Below, piece after piece: positions 16,122 to 25,317 of a stretch of DNA of 64,000 nucleotides; the first letter of the stretch is position 1, and every line of letters starts with the position of its first letter. A program made the position numbers and the translations under genes. A model generated the notes under the pieces. It did not search any database, was not told the DNA's origin, and was given only the letters and a program-made list of their open reading frames with translations. Source of the stretch: Escherichia phage HX01; sequence record NC_018855.1; one strand, 5' to 3'.

Positions 16122-16754
16122 ATGTCTAAAGTTACTTATATCATCAAAGCTTCTGAAAACGCTCTGAATGAAAAAACTGCTGCAATAATGGTTTATATCA
16201 TTAAGAACAACTTCACCACTGCTGCCAATGTCCGTGAAGCTCTGGAAGCGGAATACAATGCATCGGTTGTTAACTCTAACATTGGTGTATTGATTAAGAA
16301 AGGTTTAGTCGAAAAATCTGGTGATGGACTTATAGCAACAGGCGAAGCAATGGATATTATCCAAAAAGCTGCAGACCTCTTTGCCCAAGAAAATGCTCCA
16401 GAACTTCTTCAGAAACGTAACACTAGAAAAGCACGTGGAGTTACTCCTGAAATGCATGAATTAGCAAACTTTGTTTTTGAAAATATTAAAGATAAAGTTG
16501 AAGTTAAAGAAATTGGTGAAAACCGTAGTAACTTGGAAGTTCGATTTGCAAAACGAGTTCTAGGTATTCGTCAGATCGAAATTCGTCGAAATGGTTCTCT
16601 TAGAATCTTTGCATACAACATGTCAGAAACCGAATCAAAGCTGTTTACTTCTCTTGAAAATGATGTTAAGATTAAGATCGGTGGTAAATATACTTACATT
16701 GACTTCCCTAATGTGTCCAAAGAAATCATTACCCTTGTAACTAACGTACTGTGA
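16122..16754 (+). CDS. motA: Middle transcription activator MotA
   Basis: 210 aa; MSKVTYIIKAS...NSNIGVLIKKGLVEKSGDGLI matches T4 MotA (211 aa) from memory. Confidence 0.92.
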   Translation: MSKVTYIIKASENALNEKTAAIMVYIIKNNFTTAANVREALEAEYNASVVNSNIGVLIKKGLVEKSGDGLIATGEAMDIIQKAADLFAQENAPELLQKRNTRKARGVTPEMHELANFVFENIKDKVEVKEIGENRSNLEVRFAKRVLGIRQIEIRRNGSLRIFAYNMSETESKLFTSLENDVKIKIGGKYTYIDFPNVSKEIITLVTNVL

Positions 16755-16764
16755 GGAATACATA

Positions 16765-17109
16765 ATGAATAAGCTGAATATTATTAACGAACTTCGTAAA
16801 TGTGCAGAACCTACTCAGGAAGGATGGGATATTTGGTACCACGGGGCTTATCTTGGAACTATAGTTAAAGTTAAAGCTGGGTTATATTTAATTATTCGCG
16901 AAAATTCTGAATTCCCTAATGGAGTAGCTCCTGGCGGTATACGTAAAAACTTTATGGCAGCGATCAGTTCATTTGTTGATGCCGCTTACGAAATCTATAA
17001 AGAAGATTATAAAGAATATCAGCAGTCACAACCGGTTATTCGTTCGATTGGTGTAAATAAACAAGCACAAAAATCTATTTGGCAACGTATTAAGGAATGG
17101 TTTAAATGA
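16765..17109 (+). CDS. Hypothetical protein
   Basis: 114 aa ORF, RBS GAGGAA. Confidence 0.55.
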   Translation: MNKLNIINELRKCAEPTQEGWDIWYHGAYLGTIVKVKAGLYLIIRENSEFPNGVAPGGIRKNFMAAISSFVDAAYEIYKEDYKEYQQSQPVIRSIGVNKQAQKSIWQRIKEWFK

Positions 17110-17567
17110 AATCATTTAAAGAACGTTTAGAGCTATTAGATTTGGCCTTGTCTCGTGAGACTCCTGAAAGTCTAGCAGAAAAATTACAGTCCTACGGTTA
17201 TAATTATTCTGCTGATGATGTAATGAATGAAGTTCCTGAAATCTGTTGGCAAACGTGCTATTGGAATAATGACCAAAAAGTTCAACGTGTTATAGTATGT
17301 GCAGCTAATAGGTTTAAATTGAAGAGTGGTGGAACTCTGGTTATTCCTGGAGTTCGTCATTACTCTAAAGATATGGCTGAAGTACTTGATATAGTTGGTC
17401 CTCAATTAGTCTCGCAACAAGTTTGTGGTGACGATCAAGGCTTTATCGACCAATACTCTAATTACTGGACTCGTGAAGAAGCAATGGTTATTGCAACGTA
17501 TGCTGGACAGGTACGTATTGAACGTGGCGGAAGCGAGAAAGAACTTTATTCAGAGGACCTTTATTAA
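17106..17567 (+). CDS. Hypothetical protein
   Basis: 153 aa, ATG overlapping upstream stop. Confidence 0.55.
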   Translation: MKSFKERLELLDLALSRETPESLAEKLQSYGYNYSADDVMNEVPEICWQTCYWNNDQKVQRVIVCAANRFKLKSGGTLVIPGVRHYSKDMAEVLDIVGPQLVSQQVCGDDQGFIDQYSNYWTREEAMVIATYAGQVRIERGGSEKELYSEDLY

Positions 17568-17848
17568 TGAATATTAAACAACTCCAGAAAGATGCTATTG
17601 AATCACGCATCCAAGATATCAAACGTCTTAATCATATGATGGAAGAAAACTATGGTATGTATGCTAATCAGCCTGGTTGGGACGCTTTAGACCATCCTTA
17701 TTTGGTTAATTTATGTAAAGGTGATACGTTAGCAATTATTCGTGATGGGTTAAAACCTTTCTTACGCGACATGTATATTAAAATGAACGAAGAAATTATT
17801 AGCTCGTTGCAATATCAATTAAGGAAATTAGATGATGAGAATAATTGA
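17567..17848 (+). CDS. Hypothetical protein
   Basis: 93 aa, start overlaps upstream stop (TAATG). Confidence 0.5.
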   Translation: MNIKQLQKDAIESRIQDIKRLNHMMEENYGMYANQPGWDALDHPYLVNLCKGDTLAIIRDGLKPFLRDMYIKMNEEIISSLQYQLRKLDDENN

Positions 17849-18050
17849 TTCTAAAGCAGATTATTTTAATTCTGTTAATGATAAGAATAAAGCTTTAATT
17901 CGCCACTTTATTACTGAGATGGGATACACTGACTCTAAAGATTTGAAAGAGCACATTATCGAATGTTCTGTGGCTAAAAAGTTTTCTTTTACCGATAAAT
18001 GTTTAAACGAGGTTATAAAGCATTATGAACAATCTTGTAGCAAAACATAA
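17832..18050 (+). CDS. Hypothetical protein
   Basis: 72 aa with RBS AAGGA. Confidence 0.45.
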   Translation: MMRIIDSKADYFNSVNDKNKALIRHFITEMGYTDSKDLKEHIIECSVAKKFSFTDKCLNEVIKHYEQSCSKT

Positions 18051-18133
18051 TTTCAATAAGGCTTCTGTTCATAAGGACAAGAAGAAATCAGAACTTCAAT
18101 CTAAACGTAAACAAAAACATAAGGGTAAAGACT

Positions 18134-18433
18134 ATGCTTATTAAAATCAAAGAAAATCCTGCAACTGAACTTGTTATTCGATGCGAAGAACTTGCAGAGC
18201 TTTATCAGGTTAACCGAGAAGTATATCGTAGTGTTGTTGCAGATATGGCAGACGAAGTATGTTCTCGTATTCCTTTTAGTGTTGATTTCAATCACATGAA
18301 GCCTGGTGAAATCACTATCGTCTTTGGTTCTGACTATACTGAAGAACGGGCTCTTAATGCCCTAGAATATGAAATGTCGTTCTTCGACATACAGGACTAT
18401 ATTGATAGTTATAAGGAACGATATGAGTCATAA
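18134..18433 (+). CDS. Hypothetical acidic protein
   Basis: 99 aa ORF between motA and asiA. Confidence 0.5.
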   Translation: MLIKIKENPATELVIRCEELAELYQVNREVYRSVVADMADEVCSRIPFSVDFNHMKPGEITIVFGSDYTEERALNALEYEMSFFDIQDYIDSYKERYES

Positions 18434-18584
18434 TCTTCAGAACGTAGTAGAGGCCGAACGTGAGCGTGAGGCTTTAGTCTATAATGAACTATTAGTTCCG
18501 TTCTTGGCCTTACACTCGTACGAACAGGAAGACTACACCAATTACGTTAAAAGCGTAGAAAAAGCCATTTACAATCAACACTGA
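18422..18584 (+). CDS. Hypothetical small acidic protein
   Basis: ORF track 18369-18584; start moved to ATG 18422 overlapping upstream stop. Confidence 0.4.
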
Positions 18585-18630
18585 TAATGGTACTATATCC
18601 ATATCAACTAAGTGGAATGAATAAAACGTT

Positions 18631-18903
18631 ATGAATAAAGACATTGAAATCGTACGTGAAATTATTACTATTGCTTCTATTTTGATTAAATTCTCTAGGG
18701 AAGATATTGTTGAAGACCGAGCAAGTTTCATCGGATTCTTGAATGAGATTGGAATTAAAAAAGATGGTCGGCAGCTAAATCAGAATTCGTTCAGAAAACT
18801 AATTACAAATTTAACTGCCGAAGAAAAGAAAACACTGATTAGTGAATTCAACGAAGGTTTTGAAAATATTTATCGTCATTTAGCGATGTATTCTAACAAC
18901 TAA
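18631..18903 (+). CDS. asiA: Anti-sigma-70 factor AsiA
   Basis: 90 aa; MNKDIEIVREIITIASILIKFSREDIVE...NQNSFRK matches T4 AsiA. Confidence 0.92.
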   Translation: MNKDIEIVREIITIASILIKFSREDIVEDRASFIGFLNEIGIKKDGRQLNQNSFRKLITNLTAEEKKTLISEFNEGFENIYRHLAMYSNN

Positions 18904-19563
18904 TTATTTGGCCCTTCCTAGTATTCGGACCGCTTGGTTGCATATAGCCGCTAAGCGATCCTCCTCAAGTATATTATTCCCCTTATACCAATACATCGTC
19001 ACAGTTCCAGCATAGATGTTATCCAAATTAAAGTATGGACAACTATACATATAAGAAAGTTCGGCAGTCTTAGATTTTGTAGGCAAAAATGCAAATTCTG
19101 ATTTAGATGAGAAATGACGGCCACTTAAATGAATTATATATTCATTGGCCGTTTTATCCACCGGGAATCCACCAAGGGACTTTTCAGAAATTGTGCTAGG
19201 TAGTTTGCCTTCATAAGCTATAAGGTCGACAAAATAATTTAAGTTTTTAGGTCTGAAAGAATACACAGCACTAAAATCTGCACCAGATGAGATATGAACT
19301 ATTTGCAGTTGTTCTAGAGCCGCAGATTCAAAACGTAAAGCTCGTTCTTTTTGGATTATTTCAGTATAAGTATCATACTTAGCTCTTACGTAATAATCCA
19401 GCAAAATACTTCCTTTGTACCATATTAGTGCCATTAGGAACAAAAGAATAATTACCGCTACTCGTGACATTAAAACCTTTCCAGTAGCGTTATCTTTGAA
19501 AATACGATCTAGCAACCCAAATAGAATATCACTAGGTGAAAATGACACTTTTGGTGTTGCCAT
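18904..19563 (-). CDS. t: Holin T
   Basis: 219 aa; MATPKVSFSPSDILFGLLDRIFKDNATGKVL... matches T4 holin (218 aa). Confidence 0.92.
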   Translation of the reverse strand: MATPKVSFSPSDILFGLLDRIFKDNATGKVLMSRVAVIILLFLMALIWYKGSILLDYYVRAKYDTYTEIIQKERALRFESAALEQLQIVHISSGADFSAVYSFRPKNLNYFVDLIAYEGKLPSTISEKSLGGFPVDKTANEYIIHLSGRHFSSKSEFAFLPTKSKTAELSYMYSCPYFNLDNIYAGTVTMYWYKGNNILEEDRLAAICNQAVRILGRAK

Positions 19564-19572
19564 AATACCTCC

Positions 19573-20124
19573 TTACTTAAAGATATTTATAATCGCTTTG
19601 AAAATAGATTTGTTTTCAAGGTCAGGGAATTTAGGGAATTCGCCGCCAAGATGTTCATGTTTTTCTAAAAGGGCAAAGAATTTTTTGAGCTCTTTAAATT
19701 TTCGTTTTTCTTCTCTATTAGCAACCTCTGCGTCAATAAGAGAACTTAAAACACCGAATAATTTATAGAGTTCATGAATTTTCTTGTCACGTTGAACTAC
19801 GCGTTTATATGCTTCATCTTCCTTCCACCCGTCACCGGACCAAATGTCAAATTCACCAGGTTCTTCTGTAGTAACATTTTGAAGAGTACCTGGAGTGTCA
19901 ATAACAATTTTTTGCTTATCATAAGTCCATACTGTTTTTCCACGATGGTCTTCGACATATACCCATTCTTGTTCGCGTTCATCAAATACAACAGCATAGC
20001 CTTCTTTAGGGTCTAAAGGTTTTTTTGGTGTCGAATGAGCCGGAAATCCTACGCCTTTTAATGGTTTATAATTTTCTTCTTTGTAAAATTCTTTAGTGTC
20101 AAAATAATAGTGATAGAGTTTCAT
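19573..20124 (-). CDS. 38: gp38, tail fibre assembly chaperone (T4-type, 183 aa)
   Basis: 183 aa; MKLYHYYFDTKEFYKEENYKP... as in T4 gp38. Confidence 0.9.
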   Translation of the reverse strand: MKLYHYYFDTKEFYKEENYKPLKGVGFPAHSTPKKPLDPKEGYAVVFDEREQEWVYVEDHRGKTVWTYDKQKIVIDTPGTLQNVTTEEPGEFDIWSGDGWKEDEAYKRVVQRDKKIHELYKLFGVLSSLIDAEVANREEKRKFKELKKFFALLEKHEHLGGEFPKFPDLENKSIFKAIINIFK

Positions 20125-20128
20125 ATTA

Positions 20129-20148
20129 TAAAAAGGGACCGAAGTCCC
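20129..20148 (-). terminator. Intrinsic terminator downstream of gene 37 (- strand)
   Basis: - strand reads GGGACTTCGGTCCC then TTTTTATAAT. Confidence 0.65.
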
Positions 20149-20154
20149 TTCTCC

Positions 20155-23100
20155 TTATGCTAAACGAACGATATAGTTAAAAGCAACGTTTTTAACTGTG
20201 TTTTCTGTATTTCCTGTGGCATTTACAGTTATTGTATGTCCATGGGAACCAATTGCAACAGTATGAGAATGAGCACCAATACCCACAGTATGCGTATGAG
20301 CACCAATACCCACAGTATGAGCATGGTTACCCGTAGCGCTAGTAGTTCCTGACCAACTATGAGTGTGGGCACCATCTGAAGAAGTTTTGGCTATATTCGA
20401 CCCTGCAGTAGCACCATTCACGGTTCCAGTGAATTTAGCGTTGGCGTTTGCACCTACACTATTATATCCGTCATAGAATATGTTATTGGGTATGCCGGCT
20501 TGTATCTGAGGGCCTGAACGCGCGTGTTGGTGCGCACCGGCGGAACTAGTATTACCGCTCACTGTATGGTTATGGTTACCAGTGGTATTACTGGTCTTAG
20601 TACCATAATCAAAGCTTGAAGTCGTTTTGCTACCGTAATCAAAACTAGAAGTGGTCTTAGTACCCAAATCCGTGTTTGATGCACTTGCACTATGGCTATG
20701 TGACTTAACACCGTCTGCTTCTGTACTTAATACAGCACGCCCAGATGGTTTACCCTTGATAGTTTGACCACGCATATCAGGCAGAGAGCCGGAAGGATAC
20801 ACAGCAGCTAACTTAGGATACAAGCCAGCATCAAATGTTTGACCTTCCATTATGGCGTAACCTTCAGGAGGTGTATCAGTAGGCCAAGGAATCGGAGCAC
20901 CAATTGGATAACTTGAGACAATATCCGTCTTAAGGTTATTTATTGTGGTATTCAAGTTAGCAAAATTGCCAGAACCACCGGTGATATTACCATCAGTACC
21001 AATACGAACATTACCAGCGCCTAATTTACCAGGAGAGTAAAAATCACCGTTTTTATTAAATTCCCAACCTAAATCCTTTATAATTGCGCCAGTAGAACCG
21101 CCATCGCCACCTTCGTGATAATGAACTCTAAAGTTACCACCATTAATTAAAGTACCAATAGAATAGCAACTATTATTTTGAACGTATCTTTGTTTCACAA
21201 TAGGAACATAAGTGCTTGTATCTGTTCTATCAATATTCATATAGAAAGGAGCACGAACGTTTTCATTATTTTGTGAAGCAAAAGAACCGGCTCCAGCTGG
21301 GCGAACAGCATCAGTACATTCTGCATCAATGTACGCCGACTGACCTATCTGCATTCTGAAATTAGGAGAAATGCGACTATTACTAGTAACAACAACAAGT
21401 TTGTTATCGTTGTCCACAGTAATCATATTACCACCAGCACCATCATCGCCTAACGTAACAGAATGACGCATTTGCACCATACCATTATTAAGGCTAATAC
21501 TAAGCGGGCGGAGATTACTTATTCCACCACTTTCACCTGCATCTTTAAGTGTAGGTATAATATACAAAGACGCTTCAGAACGACGGAAAATAGCTCCATA
21601 TTCAGCATTGTAAATACGGAAAGCATCTGCGGTATTACCGATTTTAACTTGACCTGTAATAGAACCACCGCCGGATAAAACAAGCCCGTTATCCATAGTA
21701 ACTTGTCCGGATAATGTACTTAATCCATTAACTCTAAGACTTCCATCGGTGATAATGCTCCCTCTTGCATTCAGTTGTCCATTAATTTGTGTTACAACAG
21801 GTCCCACAGTTTCTGAACCGGTTGGAGCCACACGCTGTGAATAAAAATAATATCCTTGTCCGTCAGCTACTTCAAAAACTGTTTCACGATTACGATCGCC
21901 GGATGCGTTAAATGAATTACCCCATGCTTTAACAGTTACATAACTCTTATTCTGACCTGCTCGAGTACCGCCTTCCCACATGATTTGCTTAGTGCCGTCA
22001 ATACCTGAAGCTGCTTTAAAAACTAGAGAAGCATTAGTTCCATCACCATTAAAATATAATCCATTATTAAGCTTTAACGTTTGAACAGAAGCGACGGTAC
22101 CATCAGCACGCAAACTTAATGTATTTGAACTAGTTTTAATATCTAAAATTCCTGGTTCAACAATAAGTCCTTCGGCCATGCCAACAGCCATACGACCTGT
22201 ACCACGGAAATAGTGATACATCTTGGCATTGCTGCTATAACCTATATGAGTCTGACCATCGCCGTTATTATTACCATCAATATCGGTGCGTGCGGTAAAC
22301 ATTGCTTGGTTGTTATTTGGAAAATCCCAGGTAGAACCGGAATCTCGACTATAACCAACCATCAATTTTTTAGTACTGTTAATACCGTTATTAAGAATAG
22401 TGCCGGCAGAAATACCATTCGCAACTAAATCGATAACCCCGTCACGAACCCATTTAATACCAGTATCATTGTCACCAATTGCAATACCTTTACCAAACGA
22501 AACCAATGGATAACGTCCTTGGTCACCAACATCAGCAAGACCTATACCTATCGAATTAGCAACAGACATACGCCCATCTGTGGTATAAGACCATTGATAA
22601 ACTTCAGCATTACGTCCCGTCCAATACGAAATATTCTGTGGTTTACCTGAACGAGCATCAGCAACTTCATGGAAAATAGCAGAAGAAACATGTCCGCGGA
22701 ATTTACGAAGGTAGTTTATACCATTAGTATCCAAATCCGTTTCGGTTGGAGTATACTGCCAAGTCGGTAATGAAACTAAATCATATGCAGTATCAATATT
22801 AGTGTCCCAAGATTTAGTGCTCACATTGATATTTTTGGTAATAACTTTAGGACCAATTAAAGAACCAGCTTTAGTTTCAATATTACTTTGAGTAACTAAA
22901 TATCCATTAGATACTAATAAACTTCCGGAATCAACTTGAAAATTACCGTTTCGATTAAAAGTCCAGTATTTTGAAGTCCCGGTTTCATCAATATAATGGA
23001 ATTTAAAACTACCTTCGTTTACTAATGTACCAGCAGAAAAAGTTCCATCTTTATAGCGTTGTTTAATCAGCGGATGGTATTCTGAAACAGAAGTAGTTGA

Positions 23101-23448
23101 ACTTAAATCTGTAAAGATAGGGGCTTTATTCAAATGTTGGTTGGCCCAACGAGCACCATTTCCAGCGGTTTTAGGTAAAAATTCAATATACTTACCGGCG
23201 TAAACGAACATATTACCATTGAGGTTAAATGTGCCGTTTTGTAAATAATCACCATTTTGAGTTACATTACCGTTAATATCCCCGCCCTTAGCAAAGCCTA
23301 GGCTAATAATATTACCGAGGTCATCTTTAGTAAAAAGAGTTCGATCTTTTAAGTTTATCGCTAATTCGCCTTCGGCTAATTGTGCCGCAGTAGGATTAAC
23401 TCCTGCTACTTTGCTTCTTTTAAATTGTATCTGTTTTAATGTAGCCAT
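20155..23448 (-). CDS. 37: gp37, long tail fibre distal subunit with C-terminal His-box receptor-binding tip
   Basis: 1097 aa; N-terminus [16 protein letters not shown]... as T4 gp37; C-terminal HxH repeats. Confidence 0.93.
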   Translation of the reverse strand: MATLKQIQFKRSKVAGVNPTAAQLAEGELAINLKDRTLFTKDDLGNIISLGFAKGGDINGNVTQNGDYLQNGTFNLNGNMFVYAGKYIEFLPKTAGNGARWANQHLNKAPIFTDLSSTTSVSEYHPLIKQRYKDGTFSAGTLVNEGSFKFHYIDETGTSKYWTFNRNGNFQVDSGSLLVSNGYLVTQSNIETKAGSLIGPKVITKNINVSTKSWDTNIDTAYDLVSLPTWQYTPTETDLDTNGINYLRKFRGHVSSAIFHEVADARSGKPQNISYWTGRNAEVYQWSYTTDGRMSVANSIGIGLADVGDQGRYPLVSFGKGIAIGDNDTGIKWVRDGVIDLVANGISAGTILNNGINSTKKLMVGYSRDSGSTWDFPNNNQAMFTARTDIDGNNNGDGQTHIGYSSNAKMYHYFRGTGRMAVGMAEGLIVEPGILDIKTSSNTLSLRADGTVASVQTLKLNNGLYFNGDGTNASLVFKAASGIDGTKQIMWEGGTRAGQNKSYVTVKAWGNSFNASGDRNRETVFEVADGQGYYFYSQRVAPTGSETVGPVVTQINGQLNARGSIITDGSLRVNGLSTLSGQVTMDNGLVLSGGGSITGQVKIGNTADAFRIYNAEYGAIFRRSEASLYIIPTLKDAGESGGISNLRPLSISLNNGMVQMRHSVTLGDDGAGGNMITVDNDNKLVVVTSNSRISPNFRMQIGQSAYIDAECTDAVRPAGAGSFASQNNENVRAPFYMNIDRTDTSTYVPIVKQRYVQNNSCYSIGTLINGGNFRVHYHEGGDGGSTGAIIKDLGWEFNKNGDFYSPGKLGAGNVRIGTDGNITGGSGNFANLNTTINNLKTDIVSSYPIGAPIPWPTDTPPEGYAIMEGQTFDAGLYPKLAAVYPSGSLPDMRGQTIKGKPSGRAVLSTEADGVKSHSHSASASNTDLGTKTTSSFDYGSKTTSSFDYGTKTSNTTGNHNHTVSGNTSSAGAHQHARSGPQIQAGIPNNIFYDGYNSVGANANAKFTGTVNGATAGSNIAKTSSDGAHTHSWSGTTSATGNHAHTVGIGAHTHTVGIGAHSHTVAIGSHGHTITVNATGNTENTVKNVAFNYIVRLA
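20244..20324 (-). repeat. Tandem 27-nt repeats encoding His-box (HxH) units in gp37 C-terminal tip
   Basis: GAGCACCAATACCCACAGTATG(C/A)G(T/C)AT repeated twice plus a degenerate third copy; encodes GAHTHTVGI-type units. Confidence 0.75.
20593..20665 (-). repeat. Tandem about 30-nt repeats in gene 37 encoding KTTSSFDYG(S/T)
   Basis: Direct nucleotide repeat; protein shows [21 protein letters not shown]. Confidence 0.7.
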
Positions 23449-23456
23449 AAGTCCTC

Positions 23457-24119
23457 TTAATAATAGCCGAAATCTTGAACAGAATCTTTAATTACAATCT
23501 GGTCGAAACGAGGAACATGATTAGCCTCGGATGCCGGATTCTGTGAGAAAAAGTTTGGTGCTGTTAAAGTACCAGTCATGGTGTCGCCTTTACGCAATAC
23601 ACGGGAATTTGCGTTATCCGTAACAATATTTATTCGTCCATCAACATAGTCCTTTCTAGTAAGGTCATTCGCTGCTACAGGAGCAGTAGCGTTAGAACGA
23701 ACAGGACCGGTTGCATAAAAACCGCCCTTAGTGCTGACATCACCGGTACGAGCGTTAATAACAACAGTTCGTTCTGCTGAACCTTGTGATGATTTAAAAC
23801 CAATACCATTCCATGAAACGATGTCAATATTTGCCATAGCAAAAGTAGCTGCATCACCGTTACCTGGATAAACACCGCACTGTTGACTACTACCTATAGT
23901 AGGAACATGTACGCCTCCATTAAATCGAACGGTCGCGCCGTAAGTACCACCATTAGCTTTAGAAACGAAATCGTTATCAGCCGCTTGTGGTTTATTATAT
24001 TCTGAATAGAGTTTAAACGTTTTATACAGGACGTCATCACCTGCTGGCATTAAAGGGAAATTACCTTGATGCCATATGACAGCACCGCCAGTTGTACTAC
24101 CAGCTTTTAAATCGGCCAT
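23457..24119 (-). CDS. 36: gp36, long tail fibre hinge/distal connector
   Basis: 220 aa (T4 221 aa); position between 35 and 37. Confidence 0.9.
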   Translation of the reverse strand: MADLKAGSTTGGAVIWHQGNFPLMPAGDDVLYKTFKLYSEYNKPQAADNDFVSKANGGTYGATVRFNGGVHVPTIGSSQQCGVYPGNGDAATFAMANIDIVSWNGIGFKSSQGSAERTVVINARTGDVSTKGGFYATGPVRSNATAPVAANDLTRKDYVDGRINIVTDNANSRVLRKGDTMTGTLTAPNFFSQNPASEANHVPRFDQIVIKDSVQDFGYY

Positions 24120-24143
24120 AGTTGTCTCCTTATATGTATACCA

Positions 24144-24151
24144 TATTTATA
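24144..24151 (-). promoter_or_regulatory. Late promoter (TATAAATA) for gene 36-37 transcript
   Basis: TATAAATA on - strand about 25 nt upstream of gene 36 ATG. Confidence 0.6.
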
Positions 24152-24152
24152 C

Positions 24153-24176
24153 AAAAATGGGAGACCGAAGTCTCCC
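24153..24176 (-). terminator. Intrinsic terminator downstream of gene 35 (- strand)
   Basis: - strand reads GGGAGACTTCGGTCTCCC then ATTTTTG. Confidence 0.65.
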
Positions 24177-24181
24177 TAAAT

Positions 24182-25309
24182 TTATTCCGATGCTTCTTTA
24201 AATTCTTGTCCAAATACCTTACCAGTATCAGTTGAAGATTGAGTAGGTAATGTCATTATGTCTGGGGCACTTAAAGATTCTGAAACATAATTTACACGAA
24301 TACCATTTACACCAAACTCAGCAGGTTTTGAAACGCTTCCATTACATGATACTTCAGTGAATATAATGTTTCTTAATCCACCTTGCCCGACTGGAGCTGT
24401 ACGATAACAATAAATCGTGAACCCGTCAGCACCAGCAGGAATTTCTATGTAGTCTTCATATATCTTCCATTCACCTGCAGCCCCATCAAAGTTTATATCC
24501 TTAAATGAAATAGGTGAAGTAGAAGGAGATTTAAAGAAACGAATAGAAAGTCGTGTCGTCCCTTGTGCTAACAAATCAGCATCGGCCATTAGTTGGAATT
24601 TCATATAAAGGAAATCTCCAGGCTTCAATTTATACCCAGCGAGAGGTGTAATAAGGGATGTTGTAGGCATCCTTTTAATTTCATTATTAGTACCTCCAAC
24701 GGCAGATAAAAATGTGTCTGTCGATTCATACGTACGACTAGGGAAGCCGGTAGCACCAATATCGTCGATCGTGTCATACACAACATCAAGTGGTGTACTA
24801 TAGTCGGTTGAAGTTTTCTTATTACTATACTTAATATGTTCTAGTGCTATAGCATTCTTACCAGAAATATAAAATGCCGAATAAGAAATGTCCACTATAT
24901 TTAAAACTTGTTGAGCTAATGGAATAGCAGAACTTCCGGCTTTATTAAACCATGTAAGAACTTCAGGCGGAAAGTTTGTTTTAGCGTTAGTAACAAGAGC
25001 AAATATAAAATTTGAAGCATATGTGTCCATGAAAGTAACAAATGCACTTGACGTTGTGTCGTTTTCAGTAGAGAAATTATATGACTTAGATTCAACTACT
25101 GCACCTGTTGTAGGATTTATTACACGAACGTTTAATCCAACGGAAAAAACCTGGGACCCAAGTGGATTATCTTGGAACTTAATATAAGCAGGAGATGTTG
25201 ATAGCGGGCAAGAGCCCGCTATGCTTAATTTAAATCGTACTGAATTGCTTTCCGATAAAAATGGCGTTTGGACGTATCCTTGTCCGAACTTAGCCATAAA
25301 TTTTTCCAT
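24182..25309 (-). CDS. 35: gp35, long tail fibre hinge protein
   Basis: 375 aa (T4 372 aa); synteny. Confidence 0.9.
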   Translation of the reverse strand: MEKFMAKFGQGYVQTPFLSESNSVRFKLSIAGSCPLSTSPAYIKFQDNPLGSQVFSVGLNVRVINPTTGAVVESKSYNFSTENDTTSSAFVTFMDTYASNFIFALVTNAKTNFPPEVLTWFNKAGSSAIPLAQQVLNIVDISYSAFYISGKNAIALEHIKYSNKKTSTDYSTPLDVVYDTIDDIGATGFPSRTYESTDTFLSAVGGTNNEIKRMPTTSLITPLAGYKLKPGDFLYMKFQLMADADLLAQGTTRLSIRFFKSPSTSPISFKDINFDGAAGEWKIYEDYIEIPAGADGFTIYCYRTAPVGQGGLRNIIFTEVSCNGSVSKPAEFGVNGIRVNYVSESLSAPDIMTLPTQSSTDTGKVFGQEFKEASE

Positions 25310-25317
25310 AATACCTC

